A stretch of DNA of 58,843 bases from Candidatus Wolfebacteria bacterium (GCA_022616195.1 JAKEFG010000001.1:1-58843), one strand, 5' to 3'. Shown: positions 19,984 to 30,115, counted from the stretch's first letter. Program-made: numbers and translations. Notes: a model not told the origin generated them from the letters alone.

Positions 19984-20607
19984 TCATTCGATGGGTTCCC
20001 GGTACGGATCTTGCGCGGCGGGTGGTGCATGAGGCACATCTCTATCCAGGGCAACACGGTGCTTCTCTGTCTCAGTGTGCACGGCCCCTTTGAGTTTTGC
20101 TTCAACTATGTCGCGCGGCATTGTGCGCTCGACGCCCGGGGCTGATGTTGTGGTCCTGGATGTGGGTGCGAATCCCGGTTCTTTCAGGGATGTTTCCGGC
20201 AGTGGAGTGTCAGCTTGTGTACGTTCCAATGTTTGCTCCTCGTGTTGTTCCCGGCTTTCTTCATCCCAGAGTTGTTTGAGCGACTCGCGTATAGGAGTGA
20301 AAATGAGGCGGTTGACGTCGTTGGTGACTGCCGCGGCGGACTCCGGAGAGAATTTTGCGTGTCGCTCCAGGTTACGCCCGAAATCCTCCAGGGGCTCTAC
20401 GCCGAGAAGCGCGAGCATGGTTTCGTTTTCCAGTGTTTTACTTTCGTCAACGCGCAGGTGGTTTTTCTGCGCAATTTCAAGAAAGTGCGTGTCAAGTTGT
20501 GAGTCGCTGATTGCGCGCTTTAGATCTGCCGGAAGCATGGAGAGCCGTTCGGCAATGATGCGCTCAAATTCGATGTCGCTTATTGGTTGTGTGTTATTTA
20601 TTTTCAT
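19984..20607 (-). CDS. Hypothetical protein
   Basis: LENETMLALLG..IFTPIRESL and C-terminal DPYREPIE; start overlaps the upstream gene. Confidence 0.75.
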   Translation of the reverse strand: MKINNTQPISDIEFERIIAERLSMLPADLKRAISDSQLDTHFLEIAQKNHLRVDESKTLENETMLALLGVEPLEDFGRNLERHAKFSPESAAAVTNDVNRLIFTPIRESLKQLWDEESREQHEEQTLERTQADTPLPETSLKEPGFAPTSRTTTSAPGVERTMPRDIVEAKLKGAVHTETEKHRVALDRDVPHAPPAAQDPYREPIE

Positions 20608-22813
20608 CTGGTTTTGGTTCTTCTTTGGGTTTTTCATCTGGTTTTTCTTTCTCTTCACCCTTCAAAATTTTCTCAACTGCCTCTTTAATTTGTGCCTCCG
20701 GCGTCTTGCCGCGGAGAGCTTCTCTTGCGTTATCGCGCTGTGCCCGTCCCGAGAGGGTCAGGCGGCTCGCGCCGAGATCGCGCTCCGAGGAGAGGCGTTT
20801 CTGGAGCTTTTCCATCACCGCGCGCTCGGCCTGGACCGTGCGGTACTCGCGGTACGCGAGCGCATACTCTTTTTTCTCGACATTAACGGACTGGTCGAGT
20901 GCCGCCTGCAGTTCGACCACCCGCGCCGTGTCTCCCTTCTGCTGCGCCGCAACGAGCTTATTCACCAGGTTGTCGATATTCCCTCGGATAGTGCCCGCTT
21001 CTTGCGAGGTGACGGTTCGTGCGGCATCGACAAGCCGTTTTTCGCTCCCCTGCTCCCACTTGTACTTCTCTCGTTCTTGCTCCAGCTTCAGGCGTGCGCG
21101 AAGAACGTTGTTTTCTAGGGCCAGACGCTTGGGGCTGGTGGTTTGCGTTTGGGCGAGAAGTCTCTTCTGTTCCGCCAGCTCTGCCTTGGCTCTTCTTACG
21201 GGCTCGCGGCGGGCGCGCTCCACGGCTGCCGCGTCAGAAAGCTTCTTCTCCTCATCCAGCCGCTTTCGCCGGTCCTTGAGAAGCTTCTCATAGCCGCCAC
21301 GCTTCGCCTGCCCCATCTGAATGCCCGGTATGCCGAACGTACTCCGCGCGTCAAAGCTCGCCTTTTGGGTCCAGTCGCCAGTTCTCAAAAGACCGCGACC
21401 GAGCATTCGTGCGGCAACATTTTGAGAGCCGGCGAGATTACCGGCAAATTTCGATTCCCGGAGTGCTGCGCCCGCCAGCCCGAAAGTCCTGCGTCCGACC
21501 GCAGCAACAGTGCCGAACGTCGCCTTCCCGGCCATCTTGGTCGCCCAGTCCACGGCGCCCTTGGCGCTCTTGGACGCCATTGTTTTCGCGATGATGATTG
21601 CCGCGACGAGGAAGCCGATGACGATGATGAAGTTGAACGCGATGACGATGAGATCCGCCCCCTTGAACGCCTCCGCGAGGTTGCCGAGGTCGGGTTTGTT
21701 GATTTTTTCAACGAACGTCGGGTTGCTGATGATGATGTAGGAGAGCGATGCGAGGAGCATGAAAACGGGCGCCCAGATTACCTGGTCCCAGAGGGGCGTC
21801 CACCACTTGCGTGACCACTCGCTTCCCTTAGGGAGAATGAGACCGAGAAACATCACTGGCGAGGTGACGAGGAGGATGACAAGAATCACAAAGCGTATTT
21901 CAAGAAGAATCCCGACGGCGAGGAACACGAACGCCGCAATGAGAAGGAAGATGGTCACGAAGAGCTGTCGCACGACGAGCGAAATATCGGCGAAGTCAAC
22001 TGCCTCGGCGGAGAAGAGAGTAACAAGCCGGAGGTGTTGCATGAACGCGGCGGAGAAGCCGATGAGGTTGATGTTGCCTATGTTGACTTCGGTTTCGGAT
22101 GGCGTCGAGGTGCCGGTATTTACGCGAGCGGAGGCGCCGCCCGCCGCTGCCGCGATGGGTTTGTAGAATTCGTAAGTGAGGATGTTTGATGCGTCAATGA
22201 TGACGCGGGTAAAGAAGAACGAAAAGTTGATGAGGAGTGCTGCAACGATGATACTGGCGAGCATTTTCTTGCCGCCGAAACGTTCCACACGGAGAATAAT
22301 CGTGATTGCAAGGAAGAGGAGGATGAAAATGAAGAGCGCATTCATCACGTCGCGGATGAGTTCCCACGCGATGGTGATGCTTCCAATGCTCCGTATGAAA
22401 TCCGCCGCGTGAACGACAGTGATATTGATGGCGATATTGAGCACGACCCCCGCGATGCCGAGGAGTCCTGCGGCGAACGTGACGAGTATGGCGGCGACCA
22501 CGTTCAGAATAGGACTAGTAGCTGCCTGTATCACCTTTCCGGCAGAGTCTTTAATTTCCTCAATCGGGTTTGGGTTTAGGCACCTAAATATACTATTCCC
22601 ATGAATGTCGTATGATGGCCCGGCGCAGAGAACTGGATCCGGACAGGTTGCGACACATTCATTGTAGGTAGGGTAATTTTGTGCCTCAGCGTGGGGCACG
22701 GGCAACATGAAAGACGGCACATACGCCGCGAGGAGAGTCGCCGCCACAATAAGGGCGAGTATGTACCCTTTGTTGCTGCGGGGACGCTTCTTCTGTGATT
22801 GATTGTGTTGCAT
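20594..22813 (-). CDS. VirB6/TrbL-like polytopic membrane protein with coiled-coil tail
   Basis: WELIRDVMN..FIFILL, ALLINFSFFFTRVIIDASN; about 9 hydrophobic segments; charged C-terminus. Confidence 0.72.
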   Translation of the reverse strand: MQHNQSQKKRPRSNKGYILALIVAATLLAAYVPSFMLPVPHAEAQNYPTYNECVATCPDPVLCAGPSYDIHGNSIFRCLNPNPIEEIKDSAGKVIQAATSPILNVVAAILVTFAAGLLGIAGVVLNIAINITVVHAADFIRSIGSITIAWELIRDVMNALFIFILLFLAITIILRVERFGGKKMLASIIVAALLINFSFFFTRVIIDASNILTYEFYKPIAAAAGGASARVNTGTSTPSETEVNIGNINLIGFSAAFMQHLRLVTLFSAEAVDFADISLVVRQLFVTIFLLIAAFVFLAVGILLEIRFVILVILLVTSPVMFLGLILPKGSEWSRKWWTPLWDQVIWAPVFMLLASLSYIIISNPTFVEKINKPDLGNLAEAFKGADLIVIAFNFIIVIGFLVAAIIIAKTMASKSAKGAVDWATKMAGKATFGTVAAVGRRTFGLAGAALRESKFAGNLAGSQNVAARMLGRGLLRTGDWTQKASFDARSTFGIPGIQMGQAKRGGYEKLLKDRRKRLDEEKKLSDAAAVERARREPVRRAKAELAEQKRLLAQTQTTSPKRLALENNVLRARLKLEQEREKYKWEQGSEKRLVDAARTVTSQEAGTIRGNIDNLVNKLVAAQQKGDTARVVELQAALDQSVNVEKKEYALAYREYRTVQAERAVMEKLQKRLSSERDLGASRLTLSGRAQRDNAREALRGKTPEAQIKEAVEKILKGEEKEKPDEKPKEEPKPDENK

Positions 22814-22827
22814 TACTCGTACTATGT

Positions 22828-24645
22828 CTACGGAAGCTCGTCTCTCGGGGGAATGTTTCCGCCGCCTGGAAACTCGTCGGGGTCCCCTGGTGTCTCCGGC
22901 TCAAAGAGAGACACCGATTTGCACGACGACGGTGTGTCGCCTATGCTCACAAAACTCACGCGGAGATCTTTGTATTCCCATCCGTATGACGGCACCTCGA
23001 CGGGGTTCGGGCCGTCACTCGGGAAACTGAAGTCCATAATGAACCGCTTCCTCCCGACGTTGATACCCGGCACGTCGGGTGTACTTGTGAGACCAAGCAC
23101 GCGCCGCCCTGTGTCGCTCTCGGTCACCGTCAGCTGGATATTCTCTCCCGCCGCGTCGTAGACGTAGTTGAAGTGATATGTAGTGCCGACCTGGAGCGGG
23201 GTGCGGGATTCCACTTTTGGTTTTGCCGTGTGCATCTGGCCGACGCCGTGCACGAGCCGCGTGGCGTTTGACGAGGGCGCGTGGGTAATCGTGTAGCCAT
23301 AAAGGTCACGGTTGCCGCCGCGGGCGAGCCAGAAGATGTTGTAGCGCGCGCTGTTTACAGATGGGTGCCAGCCGCCGGGTGTCACGTCAAGGTCAACTTC
23401 AATGCGGTCGTAGGAAACGTTTGCCGGAAGCGGCAGGCTAGCGCGGCCCCATTCGTTGCTCGTAGCGCCCTCCGATGGGTTGAAGAAAGTGCCGTTTGCG
23501 GCAAAACAGGTAGAGGGTCCGGGCGGCCCCGGCGGCTGGTCGTCGCTGGGCGTCGTTGGTCCCCCACCCCCGGGAATATCGGGAATTTCAATGTCGGGAA
23601 ATTCATGCGTGAAGTCATTTCTGTTGTATCCGGCAAGACCCTTATCGCCTGTGAGTACGTCGTTGAGGAAGTAGGCAATGAGTGCATTTAGAATCTCGTT
23701 GATTTCATCAGCCATCTCTATACGGCGTGTTCCTGAGCCGAGGGAGAAGTTCACCTGTTCCTCAATGACCGAACCGGGAGTTGCTGTTTTTGAGGGATCG
23801 CAGAAACGTTCTATGCTACCCGGTGCGGGCGACCCGGCGTCCGGTATGGGAACGGTTGTGGTAGCACCCGGATTGTTCGGATCCGGGACAACCGAATAGC
23901 AATCCTGTGTTTTCCACGAGAGGAATCCTCTCCCCGCCTGAAGCTCTTCTCGTCTGGTTCCGACAGCGGCAGTGATGCGCGAGTTGAGTTCCTGCTCTGC
24001 TTCAACATACGCGCCATAGGGGTTGTTCTTGGGAATCTGCGTGAGTTGGAACCATCCTGCCCAGCTGCCCTGCGCGAAGTCGCCGTTCACGAAGTCGTCA
24101 ACGTTGTCTATCACGTCGCTCAGAGAACACTTGAATTGTTCCGGTCGGCGGTAGTTGTTGATAAGCGCAAGCTGAATTTGCGCCTTGAACGGTGAGCAGA
24201 GAAACTCCAGGTCGGTTCCGACAAACTCCCCGACGGTGTTGTCGACAATATTTCTGTAGAACGTATTGAGGTTGGTGACGAATACCGGGTTGCCGTCAAA
24301 TCCTCCTTGAATCCACGTGATGATGCTATCGGTTATTTGGTCAATGATGACGTTAATGACCTGATAGACCATACAATCAAGAAAAAGGTCTTTGAATTGT
24401 AGCCCGGTGTCGCCTACAGGGACGCTGAAGCCGAGGACGGCGAGCAACTGCTGGAAGCCATAGACAAGACCGGCAACGGCCGCGCAGGCGGCAACCCCCT
24501 TCTCTCCAACCTCAATGATGTCGTTTTCGCTGACTCCGCCAAATTGAGCATACGTTTCCTGCGGAGAGAAAGCTGGAGAGAGACTCGTACCCAGCATTGC
24601 GAGCGCAAGTATTACAACGACTGATTTTTTGAGAGCGGGTCTCAT
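22828..24645 (-). CDS. Secreted/membrane protein of the T4SS-like locus with C-terminal beta-sandwich domain
   Basis: Signal peptide; WIQGGFDGNPVFVTN, LCSPF, NNPYG, GRGFLSW, TPGSVI; Pro linker; beta-rich tail. Confidence 0.75.
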   Translation of the reverse strand: MRPALKKSVVVILALAMLGTSLSPAFSPQETYAQFGGVSENDIIEVGEKGVAACAAVAGLVYGFQQLLAVLGFSVPVGDTGLQFKDLFLDCMVYQVINVIIDQITDSIITWIQGGFDGNPVFVTNLNTFYRNIVDNTVGEFVGTDLEFLCSPFKAQIQLALINNYRRPEQFKCSLSDVIDNVDDFVNGDFAQGSWAGWFQLTQIPKNNPYGAYVEAEQELNSRITAAVGTRREELQAGRGFLSWKTQDCYSVVPDPNNPGATTTVPIPDAGSPAPGSIERFCDPSKTATPGSVIEEQVNFSLGSGTRRIEMADEINEILNALIAYFLNDVLTGDKGLAGYNRNDFTHEFPDIEIPDIPGGGGPTTPSDDQPPGPPGPSTCFAANGTFFNPSEGATSNEWGRASLPLPANVSYDRIEVDLDVTPGGWHPSVNSARYNIFWLARGGNRDLYGYTITHAPSSNATRLVHGVGQMHTAKPKVESRTPLQVGTTYHFNYVYDAAGENIQLTVTESDTGRRVLGLTSTPDVPGINVGRKRFIMDFSFPSDGPNPVEVPSYGWEYKDLRVSFVSIGDTPSSCKSVSLFEPETPGDPDEFPGGGNIPPRDELP

Positions 24646-24648
24646 GTG

Positions 24649-25653
24649 TTATTGTTGAGCAGCATAAATGAGTCGCGCCCCGTCCTCCGACTGAGCAAAT
24701 GTGATGTCATGCTCTATCAAATATGCTGCGATTGCCTGAAGCGACGAAGCCATAGTATCCGTTCCTGCACGATATCGGGTAATAGTAAGGAGTGTCTGTA
24801 TGGGGTCACTTGTAAGTTTGGAGAACCCGATGAGACCATCATGAATGTCAACAAGCGCATTCAAGAGTATCACGTGTACTGACACCAATGACTCGGGGAC
24901 GGGTATTGCCCGAAGAGTCGCAATCCGTGACATGTATGCAACAATGACCGACTCGAGTGATTTCATAGATGCTGGGTCGCCGGTTTGAGCAAATTGCATG
25001 AGCGCCAAAATTTCGTTATTGTTTTCCGTTGCTTTTCCTTTGAAAACACCGCCCACATTGTTGCCGTACGCGTGTAGGGAAGTATCTGTTTCGGGAACAC
25101 CGACAACATCATCCCACGTATACGTTGCTGAAATTTTCGTTGCATCTGAGCCTTGAAGCCGAAGCAGATTTGGAAGGATGAGTTGTGCGGCGGCCTCACT
25201 GGTAACTATCCCACCCTGGCCCCCAGACTCGAGGTACTGGGTGAATATTGAGCGAGCAAGGCGCTCCGTCTCAGAGAGGTCTGTAGTGCTCTGCGTTGAG
25301 GATGCAATTACCGCTTCGTCGATTGCGTCATCTGGTCCTGCAAGTAGGGGATTTCTCCTTTCCGCAACCTCTTCACCATCAGGTGTGCCGTCTCCGTCGC
25401 TGTCGGGGTTCTCTGGATCAGTTTGCCAGAGGGTTTCTTCCCAGTCTTTGAGGGCGTCTGTGTCGCTATCCTTAGCAATGAGTGCTGCTTGCATAGCACG
25501 GGCTGTGGTGAGAGAGCCTGTCTCACGTTGGGGAGTAGTGGTGGCGTGGGGCGCGTACATATACGCTACTCCTACGAGGAGACTAGTAACGAGAAGTGAT
25601 CCTAGTGTCCAGATAAATTGTGTGCTCGGAAGCCAGCGGGCGCGCTCGTTCAT
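24649..25653 (-). CDS. Membrane-anchored protein with bacterial TSP3-like Ca-binding repeats
   Basis: DSDTDALKDWEETLWQTDPENPDSDGDGTPDGEEV. Confidence 0.8.
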   Translation of the reverse strand: MNERARWLPSTQFIWTLGSLLVTSLLVGVAYMYAPHATTTPQRETGSLTTARAMQAALIAKDSDTDALKDWEETLWQTDPENPDSDGDGTPDGEEVAERRNPLLAGPDDAIDEAVIASSTQSTTDLSETERLARSIFTQYLESGGQGGIVTSEAAAQLILPNLLRLQGSDATKISATYTWDDVVGVPETDTSLHAYGNNVGGVFKGKATENNNEILALMQFAQTGDPASMKSLESVIVAYMSRIATLRAIPVPESLVSVHVILLNALVDIHDGLIGFSKLTSDPIQTLLTITRYRAGTDTMASSLQAIAAYLIEHDITFAQSEDGARLIYAAQQ

Positions 25654-25757
25654 TGTTTTGATTATAGAACAGAAATGGTTTGTTGTTGAGGCATAGAAAG
25701 TGTACAAAACAATGTTTTCCTATAGCACGGGATCGTTCCTAAAGGTATACTAACTGT

Positions 25758-26564
25758 ATGGTGTATTATTCTCAGGTATCGAGGCGCTCTACGCTTCTCT
25801 CTCTAGGGACACTTGTTGTTATCATGGTTCTTCCGATGATAGGAAGCGCACAGACAGCACTATTTCCCAGAAATCTTGGTGTCGGGAGTCAAGGTTCTGA
25901 TGTTATCCTTCTCCAGCGGACGCTGAATCAGGATCCCACAACCAGAGTTTCGGCTTCTGGACCGGGTTCTCCGGGGTCTGAAACTGCCTATTTTGGAGCA
26001 CAAACAGAGGCTGCAGTTCGGCGTTTCCAATCAAAGTACGCAGATACAGTACTTGCACCAATTGGTCTTTCAGCCCCCACCGGCTATGTAGGGTCAAACA
26101 CGCGCATGGAGCTAGAGAGGCTGTATGAAGGAGGACAGAGCTTTGTTAAGGATACGACGCCGTCTATTTCTAACCTCCCGGCATTGATACAGGAGGTTAC
26201 GCAAAGATCAACACCCACCCAACCCCCGTCGCTGTATCAGCAGACGGACCCGCATACACTGCCGGTTAAAGTTTTTTCTGTCACTCCAACTTCCGGAGGC
26301 GAAGGAACGGAAGTTACTCTACACGGTCAGGGATTTCTTGAAGAAGGAAACAGTGTGCACGCAGGCTTTGCCTTCCTAACTGACATTCCGTCTCCTGATG
26401 GAAAGAGGATTACATTTACCGTAGAGAGTCCGTTTCCCAATGACCTGATTTTTCCCGAAGAAGTCCGTCAACTTGTCCCGAATCTCGGCTACGGATTTGC
26501 CGTTGAAAACACAAATGGTAAAAGCAACATTGTGCAATTTATGTTTATTCCAAATATTCAATGA
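25758..26564 (+). CDS. Peptidoglycan-binding domain + IPT/TIG protein
   Basis: LGVGSQGSDVILLQRTLN..YFGAQTEAAVRRFQ..GYVGSNT; SVTPTSG..GTEVTLHGQGF. Confidence 0.85.
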   Translation: MVYYSQVSRRSTLLSLGTLVVIMVLPMIGSAQTALFPRNLGVGSQGSDVILLQRTLNQDPTTRVSASGPGSPGSETAYFGAQTEAAVRRFQSKYADTVLAPIGLSAPTGYVGSNTRMELERLYEGGQSFVKDTTPSISNLPALIQEVTQRSTPTQPPSLYQQTDPHTLPVKVFSVTPTSGGEGTEVTLHGQGFLEEGNSVHAGFAFLTDIPSPDGKRITFTVESPFPNDLIFPEEVRQLVPNLGYGFAVENTNGKSNIVQFMFIPNIQ

Positions 26565-27040
26565 AGTTTAAATTTTTGAAAAAAAAAATTCATCCGCTTA
26601 TAACATATCCGGTGCTGGTTATTTTCTCTATCATACTTGTTTTTGTGCCGACATTCCTGTACGTGTCATCGCCGAGTTTTGCTCAGGGAGTGTTTGTTCC
26701 GTTTGAAGGAAGGATTACAAACGTGGATTATTACAGCTGTGTTTGCGGACTCTCCGTCTTACTTACCGTGGAGCCGACAACAGAAGTACAATCAGCCAAA
26801 CAGGAACGCCAACTGTTATTTTTCTACGGACCGCAGGCGCTTGAAGAACTTGGCTTTGACTTTGGCTTCGTTCCAATTCCGCGGGTTTTTGTGTTTTATC
26901 TCATCTGGTATGCAGGACCGCAAAAATTGTTGGGACTCTACACCAATGCCCGTCTTCCGTGTGTTGCGTATGCGGGAACGTCATGCACGGTGTCTGGTTA
27001 TTACCCGGCGATCTGGTTTGTCGGTACGTCAGTATATTGA
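26561..27040 (+). CDS. Hypothetical secreted Cys-containing protein
   Basis: N-terminal TM, PFEGRI..CVC, C-terminal VGTS; 4-nt overlap with the upstream gene. Confidence 0.7.
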   Translation: MKFKFLKKKIHPLITYPVLVIFSIILVFVPTFLYVSSPSFAQGVFVPFEGRITNVDYYSCVCGLSVLLTVEPTTEVQSAKQERQLLFFYGPQALEELGFDFGFVPIPRVFVFYLIWYAGPQKLLGLYTNARLPCVAYAGTSCTVSGYYPAIWFVGTSVY

Positions 27041-27859
27041 TTCTTCGCCTCTCTCCGCGAGAGCGCGCCACGCCGAAAGCGGCACGTCCTCCGCCCGAAC
27101 AGTGTTCGACAGGGTCGCGAAGGTAAACATACTTTCAATGAGATGTTTATCATACCCTGCATGTTTAAAGTTGTAAGCAAGCCGTTTGCGTTTATGCGCA
27201 AATCCTTTTTTCACCAGGTTAAAAAACGTTGTCTCCGCGATTCCATTGGTGACAAAAAAATCACGGGAGATGTTTGCAATTAATAAAAGTGCTGAGTCTA
27301 CTTTGGGCGGAGGGTTAAAGAGAGATGCTTTTACGGTACGCACGTATCGAGGTGTGCCATATGCTTTGACAGAAATTGAGAGTACGCTTTCTTTTCCATT
27401 TTTGGCAATAATTCGTTCCGCAACTTCTTTCTGCACAAGAAGGGTCATAGAGTCCGGTTGATGTTTGTTGGTGAGGAAGTGTTCCAGTATCGCTCCGGTA
27501 ATATAGTATGGAATGTTCGCAACCAGTTTGTAGTATGTGGCCTGCCCCGACCGAAACGTCGGGGCGAGTAGTGAGTAGTTGGAAGGATTAAAACGAAGCA
27601 CATCACTCTGGACAAGAGTGAGTTTCTGTTCCCGGATTTCTTTGGCGAAACGGATTTTGAGGAAGGTGACGAGTTCGGGGTCTTTTTCAACAGCTACGAC
27701 ATGCCCCGCGTGCGCAAGAAGCGCCTCGGTGAGGATGCCCCTCCCCGGACCAATCTCTAAAACGGCTTCATGCGGCTCTATTTTAGCGGCTCGGACAATA
27801 CTTGCCGCGATCCCTTTTGACGTCAGAAAATGCTGCCCGAGTGACTTTTTTGCCCGCAT
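27029..27859 (-). CDS. rsmA: 16S rRNA m6,2A dimethyltransferase
   Basis: KKSLGQHFL, LEIGPGRG, VANIPYYIT, VQKEVAERI, FNPPPKVDSA. Confidence 0.97.
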   Translation of the reverse strand: MRAKKSLGQHFLTSKGIAASIVRAAKIEPHEAVLEIGPGRGILTEALLAHAGHVVAVEKDPELVTFLKIRFAKEIREQKLTLVQSDVLRFNPSNYSLLAPTFRSGQATYYKLVANIPYYITGAILEHFLTNKHQPDSMTLLVQKEVAERIIAKNGKESVLSISVKAYGTPRYVRTVKASLFNPPPKVDSALLLIANISRDFFVTNGIAETTFFNLVKKGFAHKRKRLAYNFKHAGYDKHLIESMFTFATLSNTVRAEDVPLSAWRALAERGEESIY

Positions 27860-27920
27860 AGCACCAATAAGATGAAATTTTGGTTAAGATGTCAAGTTTT
27901 TACCTGTCCACCAAGGACAC

Positions 27921-27948
27921 TTGACGAGATTTTTGCCATTGCTAGAAT
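27921..27948 (+). promoter_or_regulatory. sigma70-type promoter
   Basis: TTGACG-16 nt-TAGAAT, with an extended TG. Confidence 0.6.
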
Positions 27949-27977
27949 GAACTCGTTCGGCAATACCGTCTGGTTTT

Positions 27978-29201
27978 ATGGCTCTATGGAGCCATTTTGA
28001 TTCTCTACGGCTTGCAGTACCTGTCGGAAAGGAGAGAAGGTTCACTGGTACACCACCTTATCTTACTTTTCCGGCTGGTACGGGGGAGAACCCGTTACTA
28101 CCTAACCCTCGGCATATAATACCTCGCCAGCAGGATCCCGACTCTTTATTCCTCTGGGTCCGGAATAGGAACACATACCTAGAGACTGGCTCCTCACGCG
28201 CCCTCTTGGCGATAGTGGTGGCGGCTTTGCTCTTGATTCCGTACGCCCTGGTGCGTACGGGATGGTTTGTTAGGGATGCTCGGGCGTCTACGGAGGACAG
28301 CATTCCCAGGGATCTCAATTCTCAGACGCTCCCACTCCCCCGCGCTCCCCAAAACCCCGGCGGTTTTCTTCTTGCCCGTGGCGGCGGCGACATCACCACT
28401 GTGGGGAACGCGCTTCTTGCCCAGTCGGGTCCCTCGGGGACTATCGCCGATATTGAAACGAATGAGGTGAAAAATGGACAGATTAGTGTCTATGTCGTAC
28501 GCGAGGGTGATACGCTCTCACAGATTGCTGAGATGTTTAGTGTATCAACAAACACCATCCGTTGGGCGAATGACATCAACAAGGACACTGCAATCCAGCC
28601 GGGCGACACACTCATTATTCTTCCTGTGAGCGGGGTTAAGCACACGGTGGCGAAAGGCGATACACTACAGAGCATTGCCAAGAAGTACGGCGGCGATTTG
28701 GAAGAAATTTTGAACTACAATGGACTTTCGGCGGGTACGGAGCTTGCAGTAGGTGACGTGGTGGTCATCCCCGATGGTGAAATTGCCGCTCCGAAACCTT
28801 CAGCGAGCCCGTCAAGTTCACGCGCTCGCATTACCGGAGGTGGTGGTCCTACGTATGCAGGTTACTACATGCGCCCAATTACCGGCGGCACCCGCTCGCA
28901 AGGGCTTCACGGCTATAACGGCATTGATCTTGCCACATACGCCGGCGCCGAGATTTACGCGTCTGCCGCTGGGGATGTCATTATCAGTAAAAATGGCGGA
29001 TGGAACGGCGGCTACGGAAGCTATGTGGTTGTTCGTCACGACAACGGCACGCAAACGTTGTATGCGCACAACAGCAATAACATCGTCGGTGTCGGTCAGC
29101 GTGTGGTACAGGGGCAGGTTATCGGCTATGTCGGCGCGACGGGACGCGCGACGGGAGCCCACGTGCACTTTGAGGTTCGCGGCGCAGCGAATCCGTTCTG
29201 A
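27978..29201 (+). CDS. LysM x2 + M23 peptidase (start uncertain)
   Basis: YVVREGDTLSQIA, HTVAKGDTLQSIA, HGYNGIDLA, TLYAH, HVHFEVR. Confidence 0.93.
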   Translation: MALWSHFDSLRLAVPVGKERRFTGTPPYLTFPAGTGENPLLPNPRHIIPRQQDPDSLFLWVRNRNTYLETGSSRALLAIVVAALLLIPYALVRTGWFVRDARASTEDSIPRDLNSQTLPLPRAPQNPGGFLLARGGGDITTVGNALLAQSGPSGTIADIETNEVKNGQISVYVVREGDTLSQIAEMFSVSTNTIRWANDINKDTAIQPGDTLIILPVSGVKHTVAKGDTLQSIAKKYGGDLEEILNYNGLSAGTELAVGDVVVIPDGEIAAPKPSASPSSSRARITGGGGPTYAGYYMRPITGGTRSQGLHGYNGIDLATYAGAEIYASAAGDVIISKNGGWNGGYGSYVVVRHDNGTQTLYAHNSNNIVGVGQRVVQGQVIGYVGATGRATGAHVHFEVRGAANPF

Positions 29202-29210
29202 AATGAGCGC

Positions 29211-29268
29211 TTAGGTATTGGGCTCTGGGCTCTAGCGGAAAAGCTAACGCCTAGTGCCTAGCGCCTAA
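29211..29268 (+). repeat. Gene-less inverted pair of CTAGYGC heptamer repeats
   Basis: TTAGGTATTGGGCTCTGGGCTCTAGC-GGAAAA-GCTAACGCCTAGTGCCTAGCGCCTAA. Confidence 0.75.
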
Positions 29269-29302
29269 TGGGCTAGGGGGTCTAGATAACCCGAGATAAC
29301 AG

Positions 29303-29337
29303 AACCAAACACCCGCCGTGGAGGCGGGTGTTTGGTT
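29303..29337. terminator. Intrinsic terminator hairpin between convergent genes
   Basis: AACCAAACACCCGCC-GTGGA-GGCGGGTGTTTGGTT followed by TCTTT. Confidence 0.8.
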
Positions 29338-29347
29338 TCTTCCTTTC

Positions 29348-30115
29348 CTACAACTCATATGTTTCAACAAGGTACTGCGCAAGAATTTCCCCCGGGAGCC
29401 CCTCTCCCTCTGTCCAGAATTCTGCCGGAGCGGTGCTCTTATCAGCTGATATGGCGACACCAACTGATGCAAGGAGCTCCACATCGTTCACGCGATCACC
29501 TATAGCAAGCGTCTCTTCGGGAGTCACTCCTATGTGCTTCATAAGTTTTTGGAGACCGGCGGCCTTTGACACGTCTCTCCGTTGAATATCAAACGCTTCG
29601 CCATTCCACATTGTCTTGAGTTCATGGCGCTCGTCATGGCGCTCCACAATATCGTACATTTCAGGTAGTTCCCGTTCAGCATGCACACTTACGATAAGTT
29701 GTTTTGGCTCAATACCCTTGATGGGAAGTGTGCGGGCATCTCTTCGTATGGCCGCGAGCATCCCGAAGTATGTCTCACTATATGCGAAGTGTTGCACAAT
29801 GCGTCCCCCGATGAGCGAGAGGTTTCCGTTTTCTGCCTGCAGGATTGTGCCATCGCCGAGGAGTGTGCCGTACATGGTTTCAAGGTGGAGGAGCGAGCGT
29901 CCGGACGCAATGACAATCATGACGCGCTTTCGGAGACGCGCGAGAAGCTCAACAAGTTTGCGATTTACCATAAACGCACGAATGGTGAGGTCAATATGCT
30001 CAGAAGAAACGTGTTCCCGAATCTCGGTACCGCGCGGTACCGATACGCCGTCGGAATCAAACACAACCAGTTTCAGGCGGTCAAGAGTTTCCCTGGGGAT
30101 ATCTTTGTTAAGCAT
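29348..30115 (-). CDS. HAD-superfamily (class II) sugar-phosphate hydrolase
   Basis: FDSDG, ASGR, AENG, VSKAAG, AIGDRVNDVELL. Confidence 0.88.
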   Translation of the reverse strand: MLNKDIPRETLDRLKLVVFDSDGVSVPRGTEIREHVSSEHIDLTIRAFMVNRKLVELLARLRKRVMIVIASGRSLLHLETMYGTLLGDGTILQAENGNLSLIGGRIVQHFAYSETYFGMLAAIRRDARTLPIKGIEPKQLIVSVHAERELPEMYDIVERHDERHELKTMWNGEAFDIQRRDVSKAAGLQKLMKHIGVTPEETLAIGDRVNDVELLASVGVAISADKSTAPAEFWTEGEGLPGEILAQYLVETYEL

